Assembly (NCBI GenBank): GCA_009692665.1
Contig: SHYT01000006.1
Location: 14,224-78,223 of the forward strand
Length of the DNA: 64,000 bases
Direction: 5' to 3'
Origin: Dehalococcoidia bacterium
GTDB taxonomy: Bacteria > Chloroflexota > Dehalococcoidia > Lucifugimonadales > SHYT01
A program made the position numbers and the translations under genes. Each line of letters opens with the position of its first letter. Positions within the stretch are counted from its first letter, which is position 1. This document shows positions 1 to 10,950 of the stretch, one piece after another. The notes under the pieces are model-generated. The model did not search any database. It worked only from the letters and a program-made list of their open reading frames with translations, and was not told where the DNA came from.

Positions 1-120
1 ACGGTTATGTTGTGACAATCGTCTAGGCTCTTCATCGTGTCAGCCCCGCATATTTGTAGCGAGCTCCACAAACCTGTCCCACGGCGTGGCCACCCACGTT
101 TCAGTTGTTGCGTGGCCTAG

Positions 121-342
121 TTACCTTACTAAGAGGGCCGCCTTCGTAGCGGTCTCTGCATCAGGCGCTTCAAAGATATCAATACAGTCACACGCATCCA
201 ACACAGCGTAATTGCTCACCCACCGCACAGTAGGGCATTCACGCTTAATCCTTTCGGACGTCTTTTTGTTCAGATCAGCCACTGACTCAGGTTTTGTTAG
301 TGCTTCGGGTGCGAGCCGAGTCAACATCACGTACGTAGCCAT
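121..342 (-). CDS. GYD-domain family small protein (putative)
   Basis: 73-aa track ORF. The N-terminal MATYVMLTRL..PE pattern and the size resemble GYD-domain proteins as I recall the family. No search was run. Confidence 0.5.
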   Translation of the reverse strand: MATYVMLTRLAPEALTKPESVADLNKKTSERIKRECPTVRWVSNYAVLDACDCIDIFEAPDAETATKAALLVR

Positions 343-436
343 CCCATCGCCTCCGCACAGCTATATCTTCTAGTGTAGTCCAACGAGGGCACAGTAAAGC
401 CCCCCCCCGATATACGATTCGCGGCACACTTTTTGT

Positions 437-2239
437 CTATTTCTGCTCCGGAGGCGACACCTTGATGTGCACCTGTTGTAGCTGCTGCTGACCAACCGGC
501 GCCGGTGCACCGAACAGTAAGTCTGTGGCACTTTGCGTCTTGGGAAACGCAATGACCTCGCGCAGGTTGTCCTCGTCTGCCATGATCATCGCCAACCGGT
601 CGATGCCTGCGCCAATGCCTCCGTGCGGCGGCGCGCCATATTCAAACGCTTCCAACAGGTGGCCAAATTTCTCCTTCGTTTCGTCAGGCGTGTAGCCGAG
701 CACCTGGAATATCCGCTCCTGAAGCTCTCGCCGGTGAATGCGAATGCTCCCACTGAACATTTCTATGCCATTGCACACAAGATCGTATGACCAGGCACGG
801 ACCCGCGCCGGGTCGCTTTCCAAGTACTGAATATCTTCCGGGTGCGGCATAGTGAACGGATGATGAGCCGAGTTCCAGCGCTTTTCCTCCGCGTTCCATT
901 CCAGCAGCGGGAAATCCGTGACGAACGCGAATTTCATGTGGTCCTTGTCCTGAAGATGCAGCCTCTTGCCAATCTCCAACCGCAGCGCACCCAGCACCGT
1001 GTTCACCATCTGGTGAGCGCCGGCCACAATAAGCAAGAGGTCACTCGGTTTTGCGCCCACCGCATGCGCCATGCCTTTCACTTCATCGATAGTGAAGTAC
1101 CGTGCTGCCACGGAGCGCACATGCTCCATGCTCAGCGAATCAACAGTGCTTGCTCCGGGTTCTAGCGCAATAGTGATCAGCCCCCTGGCGCCCTTGTCCT
1201 TCGCCATCTGTGTAAGGTCGTCAAGCTGCTTGCGAGAGTACCCCGCACAGCCAGGCGCCGTGATTCCTTTAACGACACCCTTTTCTGTCAGTGCTTGCCG
1301 GAACACCTGAAACTGCGTCCCACGCACGGCAGGCTCAAGGTCTGTCAATTCCAAGCCAAAACGAAGGTCCGGTTTGTCCGAGCCGTACTTTTCCATCGCT
1401 TCCTTATAGGTAAGGCGGGGGAACGGCTTAGTGACATGCTTGCTTGGCGTTACTTCTTCAACAATGCTGGTGTAGAGCGGCTCCATTAGGGCCAGAATGT
1501 CCTCTTGCTCGACAAAGCTCATCTCAAGATCAAGCTGGGTGAACTCCGGCTGGCGGTCCGCCCGAAGATCCTCGTCACGAAAGCAACGCGCGATTTGGTA
1601 GTACTTCTCATACCCAGATACCATCAGCAACTGCTTCATCTGCTGCGGCGACTGCGGCAGCGCATAGAAGCTGCCAGGGTAGAGACGGCTGGGAACGAGG
1701 TAGTCTCGTGCGCCTTCCGGCGTGCTCTTGCCCAAGATGGGGGTCTCTATCTCCAGAAACCCGCGGGTGTCCAGGTATCGCCGCATTTGCTGAATGATCT
1801 TATGGCGGAGTACAAGATTGTTCTGGATGCGTTGCCGCCGCAGATATATGGGGCGGTAGCGCAGACGCAGGGCCTCATCCACCTCGCTGTCATCGTTCAC
1901 ATAGAAAGGAGGCGGCTTACTTTCATTAAATACCTCGAGCTCGACCGCCTGAACTTCAATATCGCCCGATGGAATCTTGGAGTTCTCAGTGCCGGCGGGA
2001 CGCTCAACAACGTTCCCGCGCACGCCAACAACCCACTCACCCCGGAGATTTTCCGCCATCTTGGCAGCCTGGGGCGCTGTCTGGGGGTTAAATACCACCT
2101 GTGCAATACCGGAGCGGTCCCGAAGGTCAATGAAGATGAGGCTACCGTGGTCACGCCGCCGGTTCACCCAGCCTGCCAGACGGACCTCTCGACCAGCATG
2201 CTCTTTCCGAAGCTCTCCGCAGTTGGTATCCTTAAACAC
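437..2239 (-). CDS. aspS: aspartate--tRNA ligase, bacterial type
   Basis: 600-aa ORF. It has an N-terminal OB-fold region (RLAGWVNRRRDHGSLIFIDLRD) and class II motifs (FYALPQSPQQ, IARCFRDEDLRADRQPEFTQLD, GGIGAGIDRL). Confidence 0.95.
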   Translation of the reverse strand: MFKDTNCGELRKEHAGREVRLAGWVNRRRDHGSLIFIDLRDRSGIAQVVFNPQTAPQAAKMAENLRGEWVVGVRGNVVERPAGTENSKIPSGDIEVQAVELEVFNESKPPPFYVNDDSEVDEALRLRYRPIYLRRQRIQNNLVLRHKIIQQMRRYLDTRGFLEIETPILGKSTPEGARDYLVPSRLYPGSFYALPQSPQQMKQLLMVSGYEKYYQIARCFRDEDLRADRQPEFTQLDLEMSFVEQEDILALMEPLYTSIVEEVTPSKHVTKPFPRLTYKEAMEKYGSDKPDLRFGLELTDLEPAVRGTQFQVFRQALTEKGVVKGITAPGCAGYSRKQLDDLTQMAKDKGARGLITIALEPGASTVDSLSMEHVRSVAARYFTIDEVKGMAHAVGAKPSDLLLIVAGAHQMVNTVLGALRLEIGKRLHLQDKDHMKFAFVTDFPLLEWNAEEKRWNSAHHPFTMPHPEDIQYLESDPARVRAWSYDLVCNGIEMFSGSIRIHRRELQERIFQVLGYTPDETKEKFGHLLEAFEYGAPPHGGIGAGIDRLAMIMADEDNLREVIAFPKTQSATDLLFGAPAPVGQQQLQQVHIKVSPPEQK

Positions 2240-2453
2240 GGTTCCCCCAATTGTCTATCGCCTTCTAGGCGTCACCACCAACGCGCCATTGAACACCAAA
2301 CAAGCGCATCTTGGCGAACATTATAGGGGAGCCGTTGGTGTGGCGCATGCGGGAGCGTGGCGTTGTTACCGGCGCGTTTCTATGCTACACTTCACCGAGG
2401 GCTCAAAAAGCGGATCCCTTGTTGCATCGCATGACGGAGGAAGAACAAGGTTT

Positions 2454-3284
2454 ATGGTGGAGCAACAAACAGCGCCCGAACAGGCTAGACCAGGGCAGGG
2501 AAGTCCGCCCACGATTAGAACTCCTGCTATGGCGCCTGCCGGGGAGGCGCCTCGCGAGCAACTGTCCATGAAGACACTGCTGGAAGCGGGCGTACATTTC
2601 GGCCACCAGACGTGGCGCTGGAACCCGCGCATGAAGCCATACATCTTCACGCAGCGGAACGGCATTCACATTGTGGACTTGCAACAGACCCTTTCCATTC
2701 TGGAGCGCACGGCAAAAATCGTGGCCCAACTGATTGCGGACGGCGGGAGCATGCTGTTCGTCGGCACCAAGAAGCAGGCGCAGGAAGCTATTCAGCTTGA
2801 AGCGCAGCGCTGCAACATGTCCTATGTGAACCAGCGCTGGCTCGGCGGCACCCTCACCAACTGGACCACACTGCGCAGCCGCATTGAGCGGCTCAAGCAG
2901 TTGGAAAAGGAGGAGGCCAGTGGCTTTATCGGCCGCCTGCCCAAGCGTGAAGGGTTGCACATTTTGGAAGAGAAGCGCCGCCTTACCAAGTATCTGGGGG
3001 GCATCAAAGAACTAAAGACGCTGCCCACGCTTCTCTTCGTCGTTGATGTGACCAAAGAGCATATCGCTGTCACGGAAGCACAAAAAATGGGTATCCAGGT
3101 GGTCGCGCTGGTGGACACAGATTGCAATCCAGATATAGTGCAGTACGCTATCCCCGGCAACGACGACGCCATTCGGTCCATTCGGCTCATTACCGGCAGA
3201 TTTGCTGACGCTGTGCTGGAAGGCATGGAGATCCGGAAGCAGCGGGCCCTGGAAAACAAGGACGCGGTCCTCGCCAACGCCTAA
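2454..3284 (+). CDS. rpsB: 30S ribosomal protein S2
   Basis: Contains the S2 signature MKTLLEAGVHFGHQTWRWNPRMKPYIF. ATG 2454 has GGAGG 13 nt upstream. The alternative start ATG 2568 would give a canonical-length S2. The track ORF start at 1977 overlaps aspS and is not used. Confidence 0.9.
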   Translation: MVEQQTAPEQARPGQGSPPTIRTPAMAPAGEAPREQLSMKTLLEAGVHFGHQTWRWNPRMKPYIFTQRNGIHIVDLQQTLSILERTAKIVAQLIADGGSMLFVGTKKQAQEAIQLEAQRCNMSYVNQRWLGGTLTNWTTLRSRIERLKQLEKEEASGFIGRLPKREGLHILEEKRRLTKYLGGIKELKTLPTLLFVVDVTKEHIAVTEAQKMGIQVVALVDTDCNPDIVQYAIPGNDDAIRSIRLITGRFADAVLEGMEIRKQRALENKDAVLANA

Positions 3285-3394
3285 CGGTTGGCGTCCACCG
3301 CACAATGTCGTTACAAACCGTGAGCGGTCCCCTAACGGCGACACCAGAAGCGGCATGCCTATAGTCGGACGTCGCTCCAACTGAGGAGGCCCCG

Positions 3395-4681
<1,287 letters not shown>

Positions 4682-4687
4682 GGGGCT

Positions 4688-5257
4688 GTGATGGTCAGTA
4701 ACGCAAGCACTATCATCAGTGATGCCGACAGCCGCATGAAAAAGGCGGTAGAGGCACTGGCCAAGGAGCTTGCCACCATCCGCACGGGCCGCGCCAACAC
4801 TAATTTGGTGGAGCACCTGCAGGTTGACTATTTTGGGTCAACCATGCCACTGAACCAACTCAGCCAGATTGCCGCACCCGATGCGCGCATGATTACTATC
4901 CAGCCGTGGGACAAGAATGCTATAGGCCCTATTGAAAAAGCAATCTTGAAATCTGATATTGGTCTGACGCCAGCTAACGATGGGATAATTATCCGGCTCA
5001 CACTCCCACAGCTTACGGAAGAGCGCCGCAGGGAATTGGCAAAAGTAGTCAGCAAACGCGTGGAAGAGGGTAAGATCGCCGCCCGTAACATCCGCCGCGA
5101 TGCGATGGATAAAGTGAAGGAGAAAGAAAAGAATAAGGAGTTGTCCCAGGACGACAGCCGTCGAGCACAGGACCAAATTCAGAAGGTGACGGACAGCATT
5201 ATTGCGCAAATTGAAAACGTCGCCAAAGCAAAAGAGAAAGAGGTCCTCGGCAGCTAA
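4688..5257 (+). CDS. frr: ribosome recycling factor
   Basis: 189 aa. LATIRTGRANTNLVEHLQVDYFGS and the C-terminal coiled-coil region are typical of RRF. The start is GTG 4688 or ATG 4691 (AAGGGGG 5 nt upstream). Confidence 0.95.
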   Translation: MMVSNASTIISDADSRMKKAVEALAKELATIRTGRANTNLVEHLQVDYFGSTMPLNQLSQIAAPDARMITIQPWDKNAIGPIEKAILKSDIGLTPANDGIIIRLTLPQLTEERRRELAKVVSKRVEEGKIAARNIRRDAMDKVKEKEKNKELSQDDSRRAQDQIQKVTDSIIAQIENVAKAKEKEVLGS

Positions 5258-6029
5258 TGGCCGATACTTCCACATCGTATCAGAACGGCAACGGCTCGGG
5301 GCTTGACCCATCGCTTCCCCATCACATTGCCATTATCATGGACGGCAACGGCCGATGGGCCAGACAGCGCAACCTCCTGCGCTATGAAGGTCACCGCGCA
5401 GGCGTGCAGAACATCCGAAAAATCGTTGAAGCTTGCGCCGCAAACCGCGTACCCTACCTGACTGTCTACGCCTTTTCCACTGAGAATTGGTCCCGGCCCA
5501 GCACTGAGGTACAGGCCCTGCTTGGCCTACTGGCGGAAGCTGTTGACAGCAAGCAGCAGAGCTTCATGAGGAGGGTGTCCGCCTGCGTCATTTGGGGCGC
5601 CTTGACCGGCTGGACCCGGAGATCAGGAATTCTATTAAGCACGCCCTAGAACTCACCAAAAACAACAAGGGGCTGACGCTCAGTGTTGCGTTTGACTACG
5701 GTGGCAGGGCTGAAATTCTGGATGCCGTCCGCCGCATGCTTGCTGACCGAATCTCGCCAGACCAGCTTGACGAAACGCTCCTCCAGCAGTATCTATCCAC
5801 CGCTTCCACGCCTGACCCTGACCTCATCATTCGCACCGGCGGCGAGATGCGATTGAGCAATTTCCTGCTGTGGCAATCCGCCTACGCCGAGTATTACAGC
5901 ACGCCTGTGTTTTGGCCCGACTTTTCGAAAGAAGAACTACAGCGGGCCCTGATTGCGTACCAGCAACGCCAGCGCCGCTTTGGTGGCGTAGTGCCTCCGG
6001 CTGCTGCCGCACAAGCCGCTTCCCAGTAG
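5257..6029 (+). pseudogene. uppS: undecaprenyl diphosphate synthase with a broken reading frame (apparent 1-nt deletion near 5545-5562)
   Basis: ORF 5257-5649 encodes the UppS N-terminus (HIAIIMDGNGRWA, YLTVYAFSTENWSRP). The homology continues in the -1 frame (ELHEEGVRLRHLGRLDRLDPE..., ORF 5592-6029, with RTGGEMRLSNFLLWQSAYAEY). Frame 1 after the break reads non-homologous sequence. Confidence 0.85.
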
Positions 6030-6110
6030 CGTGGGGTACACTTAATACCGCATCTACTATCACATCAGGGCCGCTGCTCCCCGCCCGCGAGATTTGCAAC
6101 GTAGGACTAC

Positions 6111-6938
6111 ATGACTCGACGTCTGATTACCGCCGCAATAGGCCTCCCTATTCTGCTTGCCGCGATCTGGCTGGGTGCGCCGTGGCTGACGGTGCTCATT
6201 GCCGTGATTGCGCTGTTCGGCATGTGGGAGTTTGGGGGGCTGTCGAGCGGTCTTGGCGCGCCTCCAACGTGGCCCCTTATGATTGCCTGGGGACTCGCGT
6301 TTATCCTCGACGCTCACTTCGGTGGCGGGAACACTGCGATCATTCTGAGCGCCGGCCTTGTCGCTTCGCTGACGTTGCGAACGCTCAGGGCCTGGCGTCC
6401 CACAGGCGTTGCGCCGCCAGCCGATGCCGGCAGCATGGCCAGCACCGTAACCGGGTGGGCGCTCACCATCACGGGTACACTCTACATTGGCTGGGCGCTC
6501 GCTCACGGCGTGCTCTTGCGCGCGCTGCCCGGCGGCCGCGAGTGGATCATCGTGGCGCTGGCCATTGTTTTTGCCACGGATACGACCGCGTTCTTTGCGG
6601 GAAAGTTTTTTGGGCGGCACCAGCTGGCGCCCGCCATCAGCCCCGGCAAGACGTGGGAAGGCGCGGCGGGCGGCTTTCTGGGCGCTGTTTTTGTTGGTGC
6701 GGCTGCTACATCAGTCTTTTCCCTCCCTATTGCTCTCTGGCAAGTGGTACTCCTGAGTAGTAGCATCTCGATAGCAGCCCAAATCGGCGATTTGGCGGAA
6801 TCCATGCTCAAGCGCGCGGCACGCACAAAGGAATCCGGCGCTTTACTTCCAGGCCACGGCGGCGTTCTCGATAGGCTTGATAGCGTGGTGCTGAGTTTGG
6901 TGGTCGCGTATTACGCGATTCAATGGATGACAATGTGA
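6111..6938 (+). CDS. cdsA: phosphatidate cytidylyltransferase
   Basis: 275-aa polytopic membrane ORF with the CdsA motif SPGKTWEGAAGGFLG...GDLAESMLKR..KESG.LLPGHGGVLDRLDS. Confidence 0.85.
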   Translation: MTRRLITAAIGLPILLAAIWLGAPWLTVLIAVIALFGMWEFGGLSSGLGAPPTWPLMIAWGLAFILDAHFGGGNTAIILSAGLVASLTLRTLRAWRPTGVAPPADAGSMASTVTGWALTITGTLYIGWALAHGVLLRALPGGREWIIVALAIVFATDTTAFFAGKFFGRHQLAPAISPGKTWEGAAGGFLGAVFVGAAATSVFSLPIALWQVVLLSSSISIAAQIGDLAESMLKRAARTKESGALLPGHGGVLDRLDSVVLSLVVAYYAIQWMTM

Positions 6939-8065
6939 AAAACATTGTGGTGCTGGGCTCCACAGGCTCCATTGGGCGCCAGACGCTGGACATCGTCCGC
7001 GCTTTCCCCGATGAGCTGCGGGTGGTCGGCCTTTCTGCATGGAGCAACCGCGACCTGCTCATGCAACAGGCCAAAGAGTTCTGGCCGCAGATGGTCTGCT
7101 GCGAGTCCCTGGGCGAAGACCTCCCGCATGGCTGCCGTCCCGTCCATGACTTGACCGAAATGGTCAACGACCCGCGTGTCGATCTCGTCATGCTCGCGGT
7201 CGTCGGCGCCGTTGGACTGCTGCCGGCGCTGGAGACGCTGCGAGCAGGCAAAGCACTCGCGCTCGCCAACAAAGAGCCGGTCGTCATGGCAGGTGAGTTG
7301 CTTACCACTACAGCAGCCAAGCACCACGCGCCCATCCTGCCGGTGGACAGCGAGCCCAGTGCCATCTGGCAGTGCCTGCACGGCGAAGACGCGGCAAAGT
7401 CCGTCAGGCGCATCATCATCACCGCGTCCGGCGGCGCGTTCCGCAACAGTCCTCTCAGCAAGCTCGCTGCCATGACGCCTGAGGAGGCGCTGAAGCATCC
7501 CACGTGGACGATGGGCAAGAAGATTACCATTGACTCCGCCACGCTTATGAACAAGGCGTTTGAGGTGATTGAGTCCCACTGGCTGTTCAACATGCCGTGG
7601 GATCGCATCGACGCGGTCATCCATCCCCAAAGCGTTATCCACTCCGTGGTGGAGTTTGAGGACGGCTCGCTGAAGGCACAGATGGGGCCGCCGGACATGC
7701 GCTTCCCAATCCAGCACGCGCTCTTTTACCCACGCCGTCTACCCAATCCCAATCTCCAAACGTTGGACTTGCTGAAGGTCGGCTCGCTCACCTTTGAGGC
7801 GCTGGATCCCAACCGATATCCGTGCTTCACGCTTGGGCTGGAGACCGCTAAGAAAGGCGGTACCTACCCCGCCGTGCTGAACGCCGCCAACGAGGAAGCA
7901 GTATCGCTCTTTCTCAAGAAGGAAATCGGGTTCTTGGACATTCAGAAGTTTGTGACACTGGCAGTAGAACGCCACGCACCAAGCAAAACGTCAGGCCTTG
8001 AGGACATTCTTGAGGCCGACGCCTGGGCGCGGCGCACCGTTCGCCAGGCAGTGAAAGGGGCCTAA
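6923..8065 (+). CDS. dxr: 1-deoxy-D-xylulose 5-phosphate reductoisomerase
   Basis: 380 aa. Contains the NADPH-binding motif VVLGSTGSIGRQTLDIV, plus LANKEPVVMAG and HPTWTMGKKITIDSATLMNKAFE. The start may instead be GTG 6935. Confidence 0.95.
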   Translation: MDDNVKNIVVLGSTGSIGRQTLDIVRAFPDELRVVGLSAWSNRDLLMQQAKEFWPQMVCCESLGEDLPHGCRPVHDLTEMVNDPRVDLVMLAVVGAVGLLPALETLRAGKALALANKEPVVMAGELLTTTAAKHHAPILPVDSEPSAIWQCLHGEDAAKSVRRIIITASGGAFRNSPLSKLAAMTPEEALKHPTWTMGKKITIDSATLMNKAFEVIESHWLFNMPWDRIDAVIHPQSVIHSVVEFEDGSLKAQMGPPDMRFPIQHALFYPRRLPNPNLQTLDLLKVGSLTFEALDPNRYPCFTLGLETAKKGGTYPAVLNAANEEAVSLFLKKEIGFLDIQKFVTLAVERHAPSKTSGLEDILEADAWARRTVRQAVKGA

Positions 8066-9412
8066 GTGTCTATCGTTATTTTCTTTGTCATCCTCAATGC
8101 CCTCGTAGTCATCCACGAGCTTGGCCATTATCTGACCGCACGCGCGTATGGCATTAAGATTCTGGAGTTCGGTGTTGGCTATCCGCCCCGGCTGTTGGCG
8201 TTTTGGACTGGCAAAACAAGGATCTCTGTAGGGTCTTATACCGAGTTTCGCTTCCCTGGCGGGGCAAACGGCGCCATGAATCATCTGGTGCACGTCAGAA
8301 CGCTTCCAGGGGAGAAGGGCGACTTGATCGCCCGAGCGGTCTACGCAGCCGGCAGCGCTGACGCCACCAATCTTGCGGACGGGCGTATCCTCATGGGCAA
8401 ACTGAAGGCAGTCAGCTCAGACCACATCCTCCTTTCCGACATGTGTTGGTCTATCAATCTGCTGCCGCTTGGCGGCTTCGTGAAACTCTTGGGAGAAGAA
8501 GACCCTAGCGAGCCACGCAGCCTTGCCCGTCAGCCGTTGCTCACACGCACGGTGGTCATCGGCGCGGGCGCGTTCATGAACTTCATCCTGCCGATCTTCA
8601 TCTTCATGTTCGTCGCCATGGTGCCTCAGCCAACTCTGGTTGGCCAAGTGCAGCTTCAAGGAATCGCCCCAGGGTCGCCGGCGGAGCTTGCGGGCCTTCG
8701 CCCAGGCGACATTGTTACTGCCCTGGACGGCCATTCCGTCCGGAATACGCAAGAGCTGGCGTCCCGCATCCGCATGCGGCTCGGCGCTGACACAACGTGG
8801 GATATTTTGCGCCAGAAGATGGCTGCCACCGGCGGAATCGGCCTTGGCCGCGATCCCGGCCTCGTTCCAACGAATCAAATAGTGTCCTCAGAAACCCTGA
8901 CGGTCCACCTGACGCCACGCTGGAAGCCGCCGCAGGGCCAGGGCAACACCGGCGTGAGCATCGCCACCGTCAACAGCCAGGTGATTCGCGAGGCCATGCC
9001 CATCTGGCGTGCGGCCCCCTACGGGTTCGTCCGCATGTGGGAGACGCTTGTGCTGCTACGGAACGAAATCACCAGCATGATCATCGGCGCCACGGCTCCG
9101 CAGTTCGCAGGCCCGGTCGGCATCGCGCAGATGACCTCCGAAGTGAGCAAGGCCGGGTGGGTGCCGCTGGTAGAGCTCGCCGCGCTGCTGAGTCTGAACT
9201 TAGCCATTATGAACATCCTGCCCATCCCGATGCTGGACGGCGGCAGACTGCTGTTCCTTGCCATCGAGTTTGTCCGGCGCGGCAAACGCATCTCGCCACA
9301 ACGGGAGGCACTCGTGCACATGATCGGCTTCGTCGCGCTTCTGCTGCTGGTGGCCGTCATCAGCTTCTTCGACATCTCACGGCTTATCCGCGGCGAGAGC
9401 TTCCTGCGCTGA
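8066..9412 (+). CDS. rseP: RIP (site-2) zinc metalloprotease RseP family
   Basis: 448 aa. HELGHYLTAR zinc motif, a PDZ-like region (GSPAELAGLRPGDIV) and the C-terminal NILPIPMLDGG motif. Confidence 0.85.
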   Translation: MSIVIFFVILNALVVIHELGHYLTARAYGIKILEFGVGYPPRLLAFWTGKTRISVGSYTEFRFPGGANGAMNHLVHVRTLPGEKGDLIARAVYAAGSADATNLADGRILMGKLKAVSSDHILLSDMCWSINLLPLGGFVKLLGEEDPSEPRSLARQPLLTRTVVIGAGAFMNFILPIFIFMFVAMVPQPTLVGQVQLQGIAPGSPAELAGLRPGDIVTALDGHSVRNTQELASRIRMRLGADTTWDILRQKMAATGGIGLGRDPGLVPTNQIVSSETLTVHLTPRWKPPQGQGNTGVSIATVNSQVIREAMPIWRAAPYGFVRMWETLVLLRNEITSMIIGATAPQFAGPVGIAQMTSEVSKAGWVPLVELAALLSLNLAIMNILPIPMLDGGRLLFLAIEFVRRGKRISPQREALVHMIGFVALLLLVAVISFFDISRLIRGESFLR

Positions 9413-9465
9413 ACGCCCGCAACAGGTGTCCCATCCGGCACAAGCGGTGAGTGCGCCATTGACCT

Positions 9466-9479
9466 ACTATGTACATAGT
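9466..9479. promoter_or_regulatory. 14-nt perfect palindrome ACTATGTACATAGT upstream of ispG (candidate operator)
   Basis: Perfect palindrome read directly. It lies 54 nt upstream of the ispG ATG, next to a TTGACC hexamer (9459-9464). No convincing -10 element was found. Confidence 0.3.
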
Positions 9480-9532
9480 CAGTACCCCGTCTCACAGGTG
9501 TGAAACGGCCGGGTGAGGGGTAGTACGCAAAC

Positions 9533-10696
9533 ATGATGACCGGAACGCGGCGACCAACTAAGCCCGTCTACGTCGGCGGCGTCAAAATCGGCGGTGACGC
9601 GCCCATCACTGTCCAGTCGATGACCAAGACGGACACGCGGGACGTGGCCGCCACCGTCCGCCAGATTAAAGAGCTTGAGGACGTCGGCTGCGAAATCATC
9701 CGCTGCGCCGTGCCAGACATGGCCGCCGCGCAAGCGCTGGGCGCCATCAAAAAGCAAATCAAGATTCCCCTGATTGCCGACATCCATTTCCACTACCAAC
9801 TTGCGCTTGAGGCGCTGAATCAGGGCATAGACTGCCTGCGTCTGAACCCCGGTAACCTCCGTAGCTCCGATCAGGTGCGCCTGGTAGTACGCGCCGCCAA
9901 GGAGCGCCGGGTACCTATCCGCATCGGCGTGAACTTCGGCAGCCTGCCGCCTGTGGACGGCATTGGCAAAACCGGGGGCTTCTCCCGCCACATGGATCTT
10001 GTCAACCGCCTGCCCAAGGCGCGCATGGGCCAGGTCGGCGAGTACAGCGTCGTTGACCATATGGTCGCTACCGGCTTATGGGAGATCAGCCTGTTGGAAG
10101 ATGAGGACTTTGACCTCATCAAGATTTCCCTGAAAGCGTTCGACGTACCAACAACTGTGGAAGCCTACCGCCGCATGGCCGCCCTCGTCCCGTACCCGTT
10201 CCACCTGGGCATCACCGAGGCCGGCACCGCGTTCGGCGGCTCCATCCGCAGCGCCGTAGGCTTGGGCGCGATGCTCTACGATGGCATCGGCGACACCATC
10301 CGCGTCTCCCTCAGCGACGACCCGCGTGAAGAGGTCAAGACCGGCTACGAAATCCTGAAGTCCCTCAACTTACGCACCAAGGGCGTCACGCTCGTTGCCT
10401 GCCCGTCCTGCGGCCGCGCAGACGTAGACATCCGCAAGCTGGCCAATGACGTGGACGCGTTGCTCAAGAGCATGAACGCTCCCGTCAAAGTCGCCGTCAT
10501 GGGCTGCGAAGTGAACGGCCCCGGCGAAGCGAAGGACGCCGACGTGGGCATCGCCGCCGGTGCAGGCCGCGCCATCATCTTCCGCAAAGGCCAAAAAGCC
10601 CGTGTCGTCGCCGCCGCCGATATGCTGCCCGCACTTATGGAAGAGGTGCGAAAGGTGGTAGCGGAAAAAGGCGGCGAGACGGTAGTGACGGCGTAG
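9533..10696 (+). CDS. ispG: 4-hydroxy-3-methylbut-2-en-1-yl diphosphate synthase
   Basis: 387 aa. Contains GGDAPITVQSMTKTDT, RIGVNFGSL and the C-terminal Fe-S cysteines (ACPSCGR...VMGCEVNGPGE). Confidence 0.95.
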   Translation: MMTGTRRPTKPVYVGGVKIGGDAPITVQSMTKTDTRDVAATVRQIKELEDVGCEIIRCAVPDMAAAQALGAIKKQIKIPLIADIHFHYQLALEALNQGIDCLRLNPGNLRSSDQVRLVVRAAKERRVPIRIGVNFGSLPPVDGIGKTGGFSRHMDLVNRLPKARMGQVGEYSVVDHMVATGLWEISLLEDEDFDLIKISLKAFDVPTTVEAYRRMAALVPYPFHLGITEAGTAFGGSIRSAVGLGAMLYDGIGDTIRVSLSDDPREEVKTGYEILKSLNLRTKGVTLVACPSCGRADVDIRKLANDVDALLKSMNAPVKVAVMGCEVNGPGEAKDADVGIAAGAGRAIIFRKGQKARVVAAADMLPALMEEVRKVVAEKGGETVVTA

Positions 10697-10950
10697 GCAG
10701 GGCGACAGCCGCGATTTGTTCTCTTCGAAAGCATGCGGCGTACTGCAACCTGGCTGCAAAGGCGTCGTCGCTGTGCGGCGTGTCAGACGCAGGCCGCAAG
10801 GAACCCAGGTAGGTTCTGAAGACCGGCTTCTGTTCTCAACGCTGCGGCCTTATCCGGCAGCTATGAGTTCCGACGTGTGAGGGACATCGCCAAGCCGCAG
10901 GCTGCGCTGTGTTCATGAGGGATTCTAAAGACTCCTCAGGTGAGCTTTGA

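Noticed and set aside
1977-2453. Long N-terminal extension of the S2 ORF (track start 1977)
   Set aside because: The extension overlaps the aspS coding region on the other strand and has no coding character. S2 homology begins near 2568, and a plausible SD precedes ATG 2454.
5545-5562. Programmed -1 ribosomal frameshift in uppS
   Set aside because: No X-XXY-YYZ slippery heptamer or downstream pseudoknot-like structure is evident at the junction, and UppS is not known to be made by frameshifting.
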